Assembly (NCBI RefSeq): GCF_006345805.1
Contig: NC_043009.1
Span: forward strand, 1,116,001 to 1,180,000
DNA: 64,000 bases
Source of the DNA: Octopus sinensis
Lineage: Eukaryota
Direction: 5' to 3'
A program made the position numbers and the translations under genes. Under the pieces are notes generated by a model. It was not told the DNA's origin, ran no database searches, and worked only from the letters and a program-made list of their open reading frames with translations. This document shows, one piece after another, positions 51,045 through 64,000 of the stretch. Numbering within the stretch: position 1 is the stretch's first letter; each line of letters opens with the position of its first letter.

Positions 51045-52407
51045 ATACTTATTAAGTAAAATGAGAACAAAAGATTAAGACTTTCGATGTTTCTGTTAAA
51101 AAAGCAGTTAATCTAATCTAATTCCTAATTAGAATATTTTAAGTTTTCACAGGGAACAAAAATAATATTGTGTCCTAATTATAAAATCATAATATTATCC
51201 CTAAAGTCTGCTTATTTCATAAACTACTCTTGCAGTTCTGAACATTTTGCTTTATATCAATTTTTTTTTACAATTAAAATTTTTAATACCTAAAACATCA
51301 AAACAAAATAAAAAGTTTCAGGGTTGAAAAAAAAAAAGAAGAACAAACCTTAGAAACCTGAAGAAGTTTTTTAAAAGGACAGTGCTTAGCACCATTTTAA
51401 TATTAATTACATTACAGCAAGTCTTCACTGGTTAAGCACGGGTGACATTCTCGTATGAGAGAGTACACATTTAAGACACAGAAAGAATTAAGTGTCTTGC
51501 TTAAACACACAGTGAAATGAAGCTAAGTGGGTTGAACCAGGTCTGTAAGTTGTTATAGTCAAGTACCACTCAGTCAAATCTTATTTATTTATTAATTTGA
51601 AGCCAGTAATTGAAATGAAGATTTTTGTAATTCATCAGGCAAACATTATCTGGAAAGAAAACAAGGTTCTAATCCAAAGTGACACCAGAGGGCCACTATT
51701 TCATTGCTTAACACAAGTCCTGAGAGTCACATGTGAAGGGAAGTAATTCTCAACTGAAGAGTTTTCAGAAAAACATTTCGGGGTGTGGGGGAGCAACTGT
51801 ACATCACTTAATAATATAATTAGTAAAGAAATGATTCAGCATCATAGAATATCTTGGTTATAAATTCAACCAGTCTGTAATTCAAAGTCCATGAGCAGGT
51901 GGATATTCTCGAAAGCTGGGAGCTTATGTTTCTCTCACAGGTACTCTTTGCATTATAAACGATACAATAAATATTACTACTTGAATATTCTTTGAAGTTG
52001 CATGCTAAATGGAGCATTCTTTAACTCAAAACAGACAGCAAAATATAGAAACAAGGAATGCTCAGTTTAGTAAGTAAAATAAAATTTAAATCACAGAGAA
52101 GTAGTAATATTTATCTAATATAAATATATTCACCCCAGCAACATACTGAGGACTTCTTTCTGTTCATGAAATCATTTACAAATTATATAACAGATACATC
52201 ACAACTGAGTTTTGCCACAAAATGGCTCTTCAGGTAATTTGAGATAGATGAGATCCATTGTTCTGCATGCATATGTCAATTCTTAAGACAAGAATAGAGA
52301 TATTCCATTGTGTTACAATGATGGTGTGTTTAAACCATGCAGTGTATGTTTTCATTGCCAACTACATTTACAGGATTCCCAAGGCATGTGTTTGGTGAAT
52401 GTGAACA

Positions 52408-52440
<33 letters not shown>

Positions 52441-55400
52441 ATCAATGGAAATAGGGTGTGTGGATTTATTTATGTCAGTGTTGGTAGTGTTGAATAGCTT
52501 ATTTTGAGAGTTTGGTTAAAGATTTTTCTGCACTTGTGTCTAGAACAAAAGTGGGTTGTAACAAGATGCAGGGAGCTTTTGTCCATTTGGTTGTGTGCAT
52601 ATTGGTTGTTGGATGCTATTTCACTATAAGATATTGCAGACATTTTCCTGCTCAAACTAATAGATTTCTAAGAATATATTGAGAGCTATTTGAATTTCTA
52701 TGTGTAAGATAGAGTCATTTGTCATAATATACAGCTGAAATATTTAGTCATTAAGGCTGAATGTTATGTCTAAGAAACTGACTGCAATCAGTTCACTACA
52801 TATTGTAATTTAAAGTTCAGTATGGTTGAATAGTTTAGTTTTATGCTTCCTGAACTTATCTGTGAACTGCTAACATAGCTTTGAAGATTGTCACCTCAAT
52901 AAATTCCTCCATTAGTAGTATGGAATCTGTTGTGCATTAAGCTGAAAATGCATAATTTGATTAAATTTCCAAAGAATCTGAATTTCATGCTGACATCAAA
53001 GAGATCTGTGTTATATTAACCAACACAGCTTTGAGTATATGGGAATGACTGCCAATCAATTTAAGAATAAATTATCAACATAGTTACTCATTCTGGATAC
53101 ACAAGCACATACACTGAACCTGTCAAACACTCGCACAAATATGTTCACATTTACTGTCAACAGAATTTTATGAATACAACAGCCAATAAAATCACAAACT
53201 GCCCAATTCAAATACACTATCACCATAACAGCAGGTCACCTCTATTCTTGCCATATGTATATGGTGCTTCTCTCACATTACCAGAAGTGCTATATTATGC
53301 TGTCACTAATTGTAATATCCACCTATTTATATATAATACATACAATACTCTGCAAATTAACACTGAGTTTGTTTTTTTAATTATATTGGTACTTATTTGT
53401 TTTCAATGTAATATCACATAAAAACAAATTCCAAAGAAGCATCAACCAATTTTCATGACATAAGAACAAATAAACTGTCCATGGAAGTGACATGATAAAA
53501 TATATTAGAATTCAGTGCTTGACCAGCGAGACTGAAAAAGTAGCCAAAATGATAGAAAAATAGATTAAAAAAACACACACACAAAAGCATTCAGTAGAAA
53601 TAAAAATGGAAGGGCGAAAATGTGAAGCAGCGTTAAAGTAAAAATTGATTGAAGCATACCAAATAGATTCCAGTTTAGATAGAAAAAATGGTAAGAGAAC
53701 ATGTGGATGGAATTTGTTATTGTAAGAACATTTGATTCCAGTAAACTGATAGCAAAGCTAATCCCCCCCCCCGTGCACACAAACAGAATACTATGAAGTA
53801 TGATGGCATACTGTGATGAACAGGAAAAAAATTGGACTGGGTTTACAATAGAATAAATAAGTGGAGATAATTCCATTCTTTATGTATTTGATAAAGCTGA
53901 AGATAACTGAAAAACAGGGAGAGAGGCCAGCATCCTATTTTTCAAGTAAAGTTGTCTAATGAGCCTGAAGGACTGCTTGGAGACACAAAGCCTGTTATAT
54001 ATATCTACCAAACTATTGTTTCCATAGGATGAAGCTCAGTAGCTTACATTTAAATACTGTGAATATATTAAATGATATTTACCACTCACTGGATGGAGTA
54101 TTTTTTTGTTAACCCTACCTATAATAGAGCAGCAAACTATATTGAGATATATATATATATATATTGTATTTACTTTTCTTCTTCTCAAATATAATGTCAA
54201 ATGTTGAGTAAAATATGAATTTATTTATTTAGGGAGATTGAAAAGAAATGGAAATATTCTATCTTAAATGTCTCAATGGTTATCAGGAATTATAAAAGGA
54301 AACAAATTGTAGGGATGTTTTAACTAATTACAGAAGAATAAGAAAAAAAATTGAAGTTTGCAATTAACTCATTAGAAAAAAATCATTAAGGAATTAAACA
54401 AGAATAGATACACATCATTTAATTTGAGCAATTTCAAGCCAACAGGGCAGCCTCTAGTGTCATTGCACCTGCTAGAAATAACAGCTAAATCTCACTTAAA
54501 TTGCAGCCTGTAGCTTTTTAAAAACATTTTCCAAGAGGATCTTTGGTTAACAAAAAGACAAGATGGAATGCTTGATTATAAGTCTGCTTAGTCATAAGGC
54601 TAATATGGGGTGGGGGCTAAACAAAGATAACTATTTAAATTATTCTCAGCAATCAGAAATAATCTAAAGCACTCTTGAAGTAAAAATAGCAGATTGACGA
54701 TAGCCAATTCTAAGAGTCAGAGACTTTTAAACTAACAGTAAGATGAAGTTGACTGAAACAGCACCAGTCTTTGGTTTATTTTAAAGATGGCACCTGAAAC
54801 CTTTCTACAGAAGTACTATGGAAGATCTCCCACAAGGTCCTGTCTTGATTGTGGTATGGCAATTTGTGTCTCAATGACCTTGAGAACTATGCCAGCAGAA
54901 CACAAGCTGCTGATAGAGGGCTTCTTATGTTGGACAGAGGCCAGACTAATAGGGACCGCTTCTTCTCAGAGGTATAAAAATGGGTTTGTGAAGGCGCAAC
55001 ACTCCGACCTACAAATGGCAAAATTACTGAAGCACTGATGACAATTGAAAACTAACAATACTTGGGATAAGAAGGCCTTCCTTCAGGGACACATATCTGG
55101 AATGTACAAAGGGGGCAGAAAAGAAGATGCCCAAAAAATAACCGAAGATAGAGGTGTAAAAGTAGGGATACAACTGGGGAGAAGTAGAAAAGACAACCCA
55201 GAGTTGAAAACAGTGGCGACATGTCGAGAACCTGTGGTCCACAGGGAGTACAGGGCTTAAGTTGTAAGCACTATGAAAGGAGTCAGGTGTTATTTAGGTT
55301 GTCAGTAAAAAGCTCCAGCTGGGACAATAAAACTAAGTAAGAATTTCTTTGGAGATTCAGAAAGCAAGAGACAGTTCAGTATTTTACTCAGGGACAAAAC

Positions 55401-56793
55401 AATGCCTGCAGATAGATTTGAACTACTAATCCAGTGTCATCTGAAGAGAACAGCACCTAACTTACATGACCATTGCAGTGCCCCTCAAGTTGGAATAATA
55501 ATGACTTCTCCTCCAAGCCTCAGGGTGGCACAAAACCAGTTTATGGAGAGAGAGAGAGAGAGTGTGTGTGTGTGTGTCAATCAATCGGACTGATTTGGTG
55601 TTTCATTGGTATTTGTTGATTTCTGACTGAGGCGGACGAAAGAGCAAAGTTTGTCTTAAGAGTGAGTCAAACACAGAATATAATCAAAATTCAATAATAT
55701 CACCAGGGTCGGTCTCTGATCTGGCATTCTGTGACTAACTTGCTGCCAAAGATGAAATATTTTTAAGACCAAGTAACAACAATCAACATTAAAACAATGC
55801 TGATCCAAAGATACCAAAAGTCAGAGATCAAACAAATGGAAGAAAACAAACAAAAAAAAAAACTATTTTTAATATCAACCGAATAAAACTAAATTTTGAT
55901 ATTAAAAAATGATTTAAAAACAGAGGAGAACAACAATGACAGCCAAACAGAAAATGATGAAATACACTAAAGCTGAAGTGAGCAAAACTACAGAAGAAAA
56001 CAACTACATAAAGAGAACAGGCCACACACACATTATATGTGTGTGTGTGTGTGGCTATACATATATCTGTGTGTGTGAGTTTATCAGAGTACTTACCATC
56101 AGTTTACTCTGAAGTTATGTTTTTACCAATTTAAAGAGCTGTATGAAAACCCATTCTACATCATAAAGTAATGTGTGAAGATCTTGTGTCAGTCCAAGTT
56201 AGTAAAGCTACATGGAAAGTCAGCTATGCAGACATACTAACCTACCATTAGTTATACACTATTAGTTCAACTAGAGATAATATAAATATATTATCTGCTA
56301 GTAGAGCAATGACTAGTTAGTCATACTATTTAGACACTTAGTCCATCCATATAATGTGGGTGTGTTTACATACATATACACACATATATACAGGGTGATT
56401 CAAAGTCTCCATACATAGGAAAAATTGATTTTTTTAATAAGAAACAGTTTATAAGATTCCCTGATCTGACCCCTGTTGATTTCTGTCTTTGGGGTCATTT
56501 GAAAGGCGTGGTGTATAGCGGAAAGATAAAAGACCTAAATCATTTGAAGGAACGCATCACCGACCCCTTTGCACTCGTGTCACCAGATGTGCTGCTACGA
56601 GTCCACGTTGAGTGGGGGCAGACGTATTGCAATGTCTATTCAAAAACAATGGTAACCACAGAGAGACTGTTAGATAGAAAAAAAACAAACTTCTTATAAA
56701 CTGTTTCTTAAAGAAAGATAAATTATTCCTATGCATGGTGACTTTTGAATCACCCTGTATACACACACACATATATGCATGTGTGTGTGTATG

Positions 56794-56824
<31 letters not shown>

Positions 56825-59800
56825 ATACACACATATATATATACATATTGTTGAAACTAGGAGCAAACGGTTTTTGCTATCACTAAACTAAAGGCAACAA
56901 GGAAAATTAAAAGTAAATTTTTAACTCTTTCTGCAGGACCCTGGTTCAATAGCATCATTTGCAATATGGTAACTTCAACACTGGCAGGATAAAAGAAAAA
57001 AAAAACCTCCTCTGTGATGCCTTTTCCTATGAAGCTCAAAATATATATTTATTTTGCTTAATGGTTAACTCAGACCTGATGGTTAGTAAATGCTAACTAA
57101 CCAGACCAATACATTATTTTATTTCCATAAAGTAGGTAAACCTGTCACAGCCAGGATATGACAGTATAAACATGTAAGACTGAAAGAACACAGCTCCTAA
57201 GTTGTGTCAGAATAAGTAATCAACTGTCAGTTGTTTCGCTCTGTATAGTCAGTCTAATCGCTAAACACATTGGAAACCAATGGTATATTTAACCTTTTAG
57301 CATCATTCAGATTATTCTGTCAAATGAAATGCTTATTCATTCATATTGTTTGGAATTAATCAGGCATTGTCTTGTATTCCATTATGTGACTGCTCATTTC
57401 TAGAATGACATTGTTGGGTAGGTGTGAAGGTCTGGATCTGAGTGGTTTAAATATAAAACAGGTAGAAAATTTAGGCTGAATATGGTCAGTTTAAATCATA
57501 AAGGGTCAACCCAGCATTTAAGCCTATTTCATGTTCAAACTGGTCAAATCTAGCCTCTCACACCGATACTACAATGTCAATCTGAAAATAAACAACCACA
57601 TCATCAAAGTTTCAAAGCCAAGACGTAATGCACAATTAATTCAAAACCATGGGGCTAAACAAGCACCACATTTGAGATTGTTCTATAAACTCGAGACCCT
57701 AGTTTGATTCTTAACCATAAATTTATTATAATGTTTTTTGTAGATTTGTTACTCTTCATTAGAATTTGAAAGTTTTATATAATTCTAGAATCCTATATTT
57801 TATTTGTAAAGAAGGTCTAAGACAGAATGAAAAAGAATGGTAGCTATTTTGAAAATAGTTTTAAACAAATGGTCAGTCATTTGAATATCAATAATTAATT
57901 GGGTAGGGATTCTGTAAAAGGTGGATAAATTCAATAAAAGACCTCTAAGTCCTAATAAACTTGGAGAGAGAAAAAAAAATCAAACCTATTCTCCATTAAA
58001 ATATAGATGTCAAGCTTGTCAGTAACAACAATATTAACAACAACAACAACAAAAGTATTGATAAATGAATAAAGAAAACAAAAAAACAACACGCAGATCT
58101 TTGTTCTGCCAACCAAAATTGTAGTGGTAAAGTTTGCTGAAAAAAAAAAAATTCATTCATTTACATGCCATAGAAAAACTAAGTTAAGCAAGCAATAAAA
58201 AAAAAGGATTTGAAAAAAAAAAGAAAAGAAAAACACCCCAAAAGCAGCAAGATGCGGAGAAATGGAAAAAAAAATGTGGGTTTGGAAGGGAATTGAAAAT
58301 GAAGAGGCAACCAGTTGGGTGGATTGGGGTGGGGGAAAGAGAGATATTTTAGAAGAACCATCCGTAGCAAGGCAACAACAGCAAGCATTCAAATTGGCTT
58401 CTACAGTTTTTTTTTTAAATCTTGGTTCTTTTTTTTTGCTTTTTAGTTATAATTTTTCCCATTTTTTTTGTTTTTCATGATGAACTTACAGTAGTTGTTT
58501 CAATCGTCTGTGTTTTTGAACTATGAGCTTGCGAACTGACCAAGACCCCGTCTTCAGACATAGGCTGGCCTTCTACACCCTCTCTTTGGTAAGACACTTT
58601 CCTCGTCTCTGTCTTTACTATGGGCACATTCTTGGTAGATATTGGCATTTCACTTAAATCTGGGGTATATTTGATACTTTCCGTTGCAATTGTGGGGGGC
58701 TGTAGGAGACGAAAGAAGACTTATTGGAAAAAGGTACAAGGCAAAAGCGTTAAGCAAGAGGCAAGGTTATGTTTATTGCAGAAAGGAGTTGAACTTTAGG
58801 ATGTCAGGCACTGAAAGACTTTCTAGGGTTCCAGGAGAGAAAAACATACCAGATAGATTTCAATATTGAATGGACTCGTACTAGGAAATGCTTAGTAGTT
58901 ACAATGGTTATTGAAGATTTAAACTGCTATCATATGATATGATATGTTTATTCACTCCGCACTAATGTGATCTGGTGAGATCTTAGTACTTAGCAAATCT
59001 ATTAGTATTGTATTTTCCATGCCAGCATGGGTTAGGCAAATGGATTGTTGAGGCAATGGTTTACAGCCAGATGCCCTCCTTGTTGCTAACCCTTACCTGT
59101 GTTTTGCAGGTAAACTATTATTTATTTCACATATCTTTGAAGACATGACACAAATGGCCTAGTGGTTAGAGCAGCAGACTCGTGGTCGAGGGATCGCAGG
59201 TTCGAATCTCAGACCGGACGATATGTGTGTTTATGAGCGAAACACCTAATCTCCACGTGGCTCCGACAGAAGGTAATGGCGAAACTTCTGCTAACTCTTT
59301 CGCCACAACTTTCTCTCACTCTTTCCTCCTGCATCTTGCAGCTGACCGGCATCCCGTCCATGTGGGGAACCTATACGCCAAGAAACCGGGAAACCGGCCC
59401 TTATGAGCCAGGCAAGGCTCGAGAAGGAAGGAACACGACACAAGCAACACTGCTTTCACAGGGCAACTTTTGTAGACCCTGAAGGCAAACAAGTGTGCAC
59501 ACACATGCATCTGTGTGTGCGTATGCATATTCCTACAATCGCAGAGCAAAAGGACTTCAGAGTCAATAAACATCCCACAAGGAGAGATAAGCATTCATTA
59601 ACAAGAATAAAAATATCAATATATGCAAATGATATTTTTTTTTTCTTAGAAGGAGAGGGAAAACAATTCATTCTATCAAAATATCAGGCGTTTAGTAACT
59701 TTTCACATGCTGAAGAATGCAGTATCAAAATTAAGTTGGAAGGAAGACTAGAAATTAAAAATCTTCATTTAAAAAATATTAAATGACAAAGAAAAAAAAA

Positions 59801-60531
59801 CACTCAAAAAGAAGGGGAGGGAGGAGAGAGAGTGATTAAAATAGTTGAAATCTAAAGAAGTAGGTTAGATTGTAACAAATTTCTGAGATATGCTATTATT
59901 ACTCTAAGTGCTATTATTACTCTATTAATATTATTTAATAGTGTCTCTATATCTACATAATATTTTCTAAAAATCAATTTATTCTTATTCATTGGGTTTG
60001 TTTGCATGCAAAATTCTTTTTCTTTTTCAAGAAAGAAACTAACAAACATCAATAAGTAATTAATTCAATCAATGTGTATTAAGAATAAAATTAGGTAAAA
60101 CTGATATGAAAGATTGGTGTAGTGCATGCAAAGTTAGGTCTTGTTTCTAGAAAACAAGAACACAATAACCTCAAATTCCCATCTTGTCAAAGAAAGATTC
60201 CCACTACAAAACACCTTGGTTTTATACAATTTAGTTAAAATTGTAATGTATTATTAATAGAATATGTGAAATAAAGTGCAAAAGTATTTTAAAAGATAGA
60301 GTGATAAATGGAGCAACTCTTTTCTGCAATGTGCAATTAAAGCAGGGGAAAAAAATGTTTGTCTTAAACTTCTTTTCTTCATATTATTTTTGAGTCTTTC
60401 TTTTTTTCATGTTATATATTAAATATTGTACACACACACACACGTATATACATGTATATAAATATACACAGACATATACCTATGTACATACTGACAGGTA
60501 TACATATATATATTATACAAACACACACGCA

Positions 60532-60626
<95 letters not shown>

Positions 60627-60644
60627 ATACATATATATATATAT

Positions 60645-60703
<59 letters not shown>

Positions 60704-60712
60704 ATACATATA

Positions 60713-60747
<35 letters not shown>

Positions 60748-61336
60748 GACACTTGCAACAGCCACATAATGCACCTAGACAATAGGTGTAATGGGAAGGA
60801 AAAAAATGCAAATTGAAGTGTTGATCCAGAGAAGGAAAATGTGTACAGTATTAAAAAAAAATGGTAAAGAAACGGGCAGAAAAGCATCCATGAAAGGAGA
60901 TAAAACATGAAATTAGGAGAAAGTTACTTTTAAAAATTGGAAGGATTGAAAAGTTTAGGAAAATGCAAGAAAAATATTTCAAAAGGTAAAAAGGAAAAAA
61001 TGATCACCGCAAACATCACCACCACCATAAAAAAGGTAAAAAAAAAAATACCACCACCACCACAGAGCTCTAAAATCATCATCATTACCACCACCACCAT
61101 TAACATTGCTACTACTACTACTGCTACCATTACCATTACCATCACCAGCAGCCAATACCAGCTGTACTTACTGGGCTCAGACGACCACCCTGATATGGAT
61201 GGGTATCAAGCTGGTCCTCAGGATTGCTTCTGGTGTACTTAGGCGGAACAGGTGGAGGCTTTTTGCGAAGTCCAGTTTGTGGATCCCGGATGCCATTCAC
61301 TAGGCCAAACTTGCTGCCGAAACCAGCTCTAGTTGT
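49671..61336 (-). CDS. cora: Protein 4.1 / coracle (EPB41 family), 3' part; exons 61172-61336, 58490-58699, 50549-50638, 49671-49772; FERM-coding exons outside window
   Basis: All phase-0 exons with AG/GT. Translation [16 protein letters not shown]...DGVLVSSQ...[52 protein letters not shown] matches the 4.1 C-terminal domain. Confidence 0.92.
50549..50638 (-). CDS. cora: cora exon [30 protein letters not shown]
   Basis: acttcag acceptor, gtgagt donor, 90 nt. Confidence 0.93.
56391..56757 (+). mobile_element. Internally deleted Tc1/mariner-superfamily element (367 bp)
   Basis: TIRs cagggtgattcaaagtctccatacataggaa / rc, TA TSD; [19 protein letters not shown]. Confidence 0.9.
58490..58699 (-). 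CDS. cora: cora exon PPTIATES...[12 protein letters not shown]...TIETTT
   Basis: tctcctacag acceptor, gtaagt donor, 210 nt. Confidence 0.92.
59150..59440 (+). mobile_element. tRNA-derived SINE family D; related copy at ~13890-14150 with a different tail
   Basis: tggcctagtggttagagc...ggttcgaatc head; aacacctaa.ctccacg.ggctc core. Confidence 0.75.
60530..60746. repeat. (TA)n/(TACA) microsatellite
   Basis: Direct reading. Confidence 0.95.
61172..61336 (-). CDS. cora: cora linker exon [10 protein letters not shown]...KKPPPVPPK...GGRLSP; acceptor may alternatively be at 61362
   Basis: Open frame, strong gtaagt donor at 61171, phase 0 joining PPTIATE; no recognisable domain. Confidence 0.7.
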
Positions 61337-62093
61337 CTGCGTTAAGACAAACATGGACATTTCTGGATAGATTTATTTCTGGATAATTTTATTTTCAAGT
61401 GCATCGTGTGCCAAAGTGTTAATAAAAGTTAGTGCCATGTGCAAATCGCTACCGCGAACAAGGTAAAGATGAGGGGAAAAAAAAGGGAGGGAAAAAAAAA
61501 AAGGCCACGGCCATTTTTAACTCCCTGCATGCAACCATTTGCACAAATTTTGGCACAATACGCTGCAGCCAACATTCAATGATATTCACAACCCACCCCA
61601 CTTGCAGTCATATGATTCCATGCTTCAAGTTAAATGGCTTTTGCTTTAAACGCAAAAAAAAAAAAATATTAATAAAACCCAGTTAGTCAAATATTTCTTA
61701 GTAGCGGAGGGGGATGTGGGGACACAAATGAAGCAACTAAAATATTGCGGTGTGTAAACTATGTACACACACACAAAATACGTATAAGTGCAGATATTAT
61801 TATCAAAAGAAACAAGATCAATTAGAAACAAATAAACTTGGAAAATGATTCAAAAATAAAACAAAGCAAGAATAGTCTGAGAAGGAAATTGCCAAAACCC
61901 ATTCTAATATAATTCTAAGACCATGTAAAAAGCACCAAGTTATCAGCTTATGATTTCCATTTGCTTCAACAAGTCACCCTCTGTTACCTAAGCTACACTA
62001 ACATAGACACTCTCACCACAAATCTAGGGACTAAGTCATAACAAACATTCAGTATTGAAGCTGTTGAATCCTAAAGAGAATGATAAATTACTT

Positions 62094-62718
62094 GGATCTT
62101 TTCCTTTTGAATGGCAGATGTCAACACAATTTCTAGGTAACTAAACACTTTTAAAATTCGTATACTGGTAGAATGTGTTTATAAAACATCATTTTCCCTT
62201 GGTTTTATTGAGAAAATTCTATAGTTTGTAAGATATTTCGTCTGAAAATCCGAGCATTTCAGCAATTTTAACCAATCGATTACCTCCATTCAACTAAAAT
62301 CATTTGCTGCGTCTAAAACTGAAACATCCTGTAACTAGCCCTAAACCTCCCCACCAACCCTAATTTTTTTTTTCTTAATTGTTAAATTAATTTAATTCCA
62401 TTGCTTTAGTTTTTTTTTACACACGTAACAAATTAACAATTAAGAAAAAAAAAATTTAGGGTTAGGGTTAGGGGGGAGGTTTAGGGTTAGTTACAGGATG
62501 TTGTCTCAGTTTTAGACGTAGCAAATGATTTTAGCTCAAAGGAGAGCATAGGATTGGTTAAAATTCGAAAAATTAAACTACATTAAACAAACAAATTACA
62601 ATTTTCTTAAGAAAGCCAAGAGAAAAAAATGTTTTATTTTGACACATTCTACCAGTATACGAAGTTTTAAAGTGTTTAGTTAACTAGAAATTGTCTGCCG
62701 TTCAAAAGGAAAAGATCC
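62094..62718. mobile_element. Long-TIR foldback MITE (625 bp) with 8-bp TSD and internal TTAGGG repeats
   Basis: Ends ggatcttttccttttgaa / ttcaaaaggaaaagatcc; flanks aattactt / aattacct. Confidence 0.8.
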
Positions 62719-63329
62719 AATTACCTTAATGTAAAATAAGGTCTCTGCACCCAAAACTAAACAAGGCACAGTTGCGTTAAGACCAATCCATTTGACTTTT
62801 CTGATGGGAGTATTAAAAAGAATCTTTTGATGAAAATGTGACTATCAACTATGGAGAGGGAAGTAAGGATGATTTCTGGAGAATTAAGTAGATGAGAGGC
62901 AAATATTTTTCTGCATAGTGGATCGGTTGGTGTATTTTTGGTTAACACAGCCAGAAAATCCTTGTATTTCTCTTCTGCTAAGGTTAATACAATTAAATGC
63001 TCTGCTTAATCATAACTAAAATAGCCATAATAAAACAAATTCACAACCAGTGGAATGGTGGTGCAACATTTTACCCACTTAAGTCACTTCACAATTTTTG
63101 CAGTAAAATCATGTTTGATATAATATATTGTTTGGAGGATAAATTACTGACAGGCATCAGTTGCATAAAAAAAAGAAAAGAATAATTCCCTGTGGGACGC
63201 ATCGAAAAGTTAACCGGAGAGAATTATGCAGTGAAGAATAAACACTATTGGTCTTTTCTATTGCACATCCAGTCCCTTTTCTAATAATAATAAACATTGT
63301 GTACAGTGCTCAGGTGCACTACAACTCAT

Positions 63330-63540
63330 CTAAAGTGTATATATAATCAGGTGTAGTTTCGGCAGATTTCAGAAAGCATGAGGGCCTTAAAGGATGCAGT
63401 GTCATGGCAGTCAACAACTGACGCAGGCAGTTTATTCCATGCTTCAGCAACTCAGAGCGTGAAAAAATGTTTCCGAAAGTCATGGGAGCTGTGTTGTTTT
63501 CTGACTTTGTAGGCATGTCCAGATTACCTAAGATCAGCAA
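63330..63540 (-). mobile_element. CR1/L2-type LINE 3' fragment
   Basis: FRKHFFTL*VAEAWNKLPASVV...SFK. Confidence 0.75.
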
Positions 63541-64000
63541 TTTTTTTTTAAAATGGAGAGAGGAACGTTGACGGATTAAATCCTACATGTAAAGTATCTC
63601 CTCAAACTTACCAGCATCATACCATTGATTGGTAAAATATAGTAAATCAGACTTGCTTCCTAACAACTGATCAGTTGGTTTTGATAAGCATTTTTTTAGG
63701 AATGATGCCAAATAACAATTTGAACAAGGTAAGCTGATGAAGATTTATTACATCATCTCAGTTTTCCACACGTTTCTTTTCTCATCTTGAGACACATTTC
63801 ATATAAATAATCTAATTTAATACTGACTTTTATGTCACTGAAATTATTTTAACAATATTCAATCAAAAGAACATTATTGTTTACTCTACAGTCATGGCCT
63901 TACTAACCATCATCCTAAAACCAACCAACCAACCATGAAGCCCTACCCTCTCCCCACCATGTTTTTTTTTACTGTACTATGACATCTGTTCAAAATTAAC

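Noticed and set aside
51750-55060. Other CTGANGA...GAAA matches (e.g. ~51754, ~55036)
   Set aside because: No stem II or stem I pairing.
59150-59220. tRNA gene
   Set aside because: No proper cloverleaf; continues into a SINE body.
61337-61360. ATG-initiated small gene MSMFVLTQ...
   Set aside because: Better explained as an internal cora exon with an acceptor at 61337.

Overview
Eukaryotic, AT-rich, repeat-dense genomic DNA. The SINE/LINE families and giant (TA/TAYA)n arrays look like an Octopus (coleoid cephalopod) genome; this is inference from repeat recognition. Two spliced host genes converge. On +, nine 3' coding exons of a SNF2-family TTF2/Lodestar helicase gene lie at 856-22863, all phases compatible, giving 337 aa plus stop. 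On -, the last four coding exons of a protein 4.1/coracle gene (4.1 C-terminal domain) lie at 61336-49671, followed by a probable non-coding 3' exon from 48141. Between them (about 24-44.3 kb) is a nest of a Penelope-like element (PLE), CR1 and RTE LINEs, a Helitron, SINEs and kb-long microsatellites, ending in an AT-rich satellite and a 100-N gap. The most unusual signal is a set of minimal type-I hammerhead-ribozyme-like motifs in PLE-type termini. One has a compensated U3-A8 core, and two sit in head-to-head palindromic mini-elements, one a perfect 319-bp palindrome in a TTF2 intron. Other notable items: a SINE/CR1 partner pair with a covarying 3' stem-loop, SINE tail swapping, a CR1-PLE chimera, and a duplicated TTF2 mini pseudo-exon. 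All structures were read by eye; no folding or database search was run.
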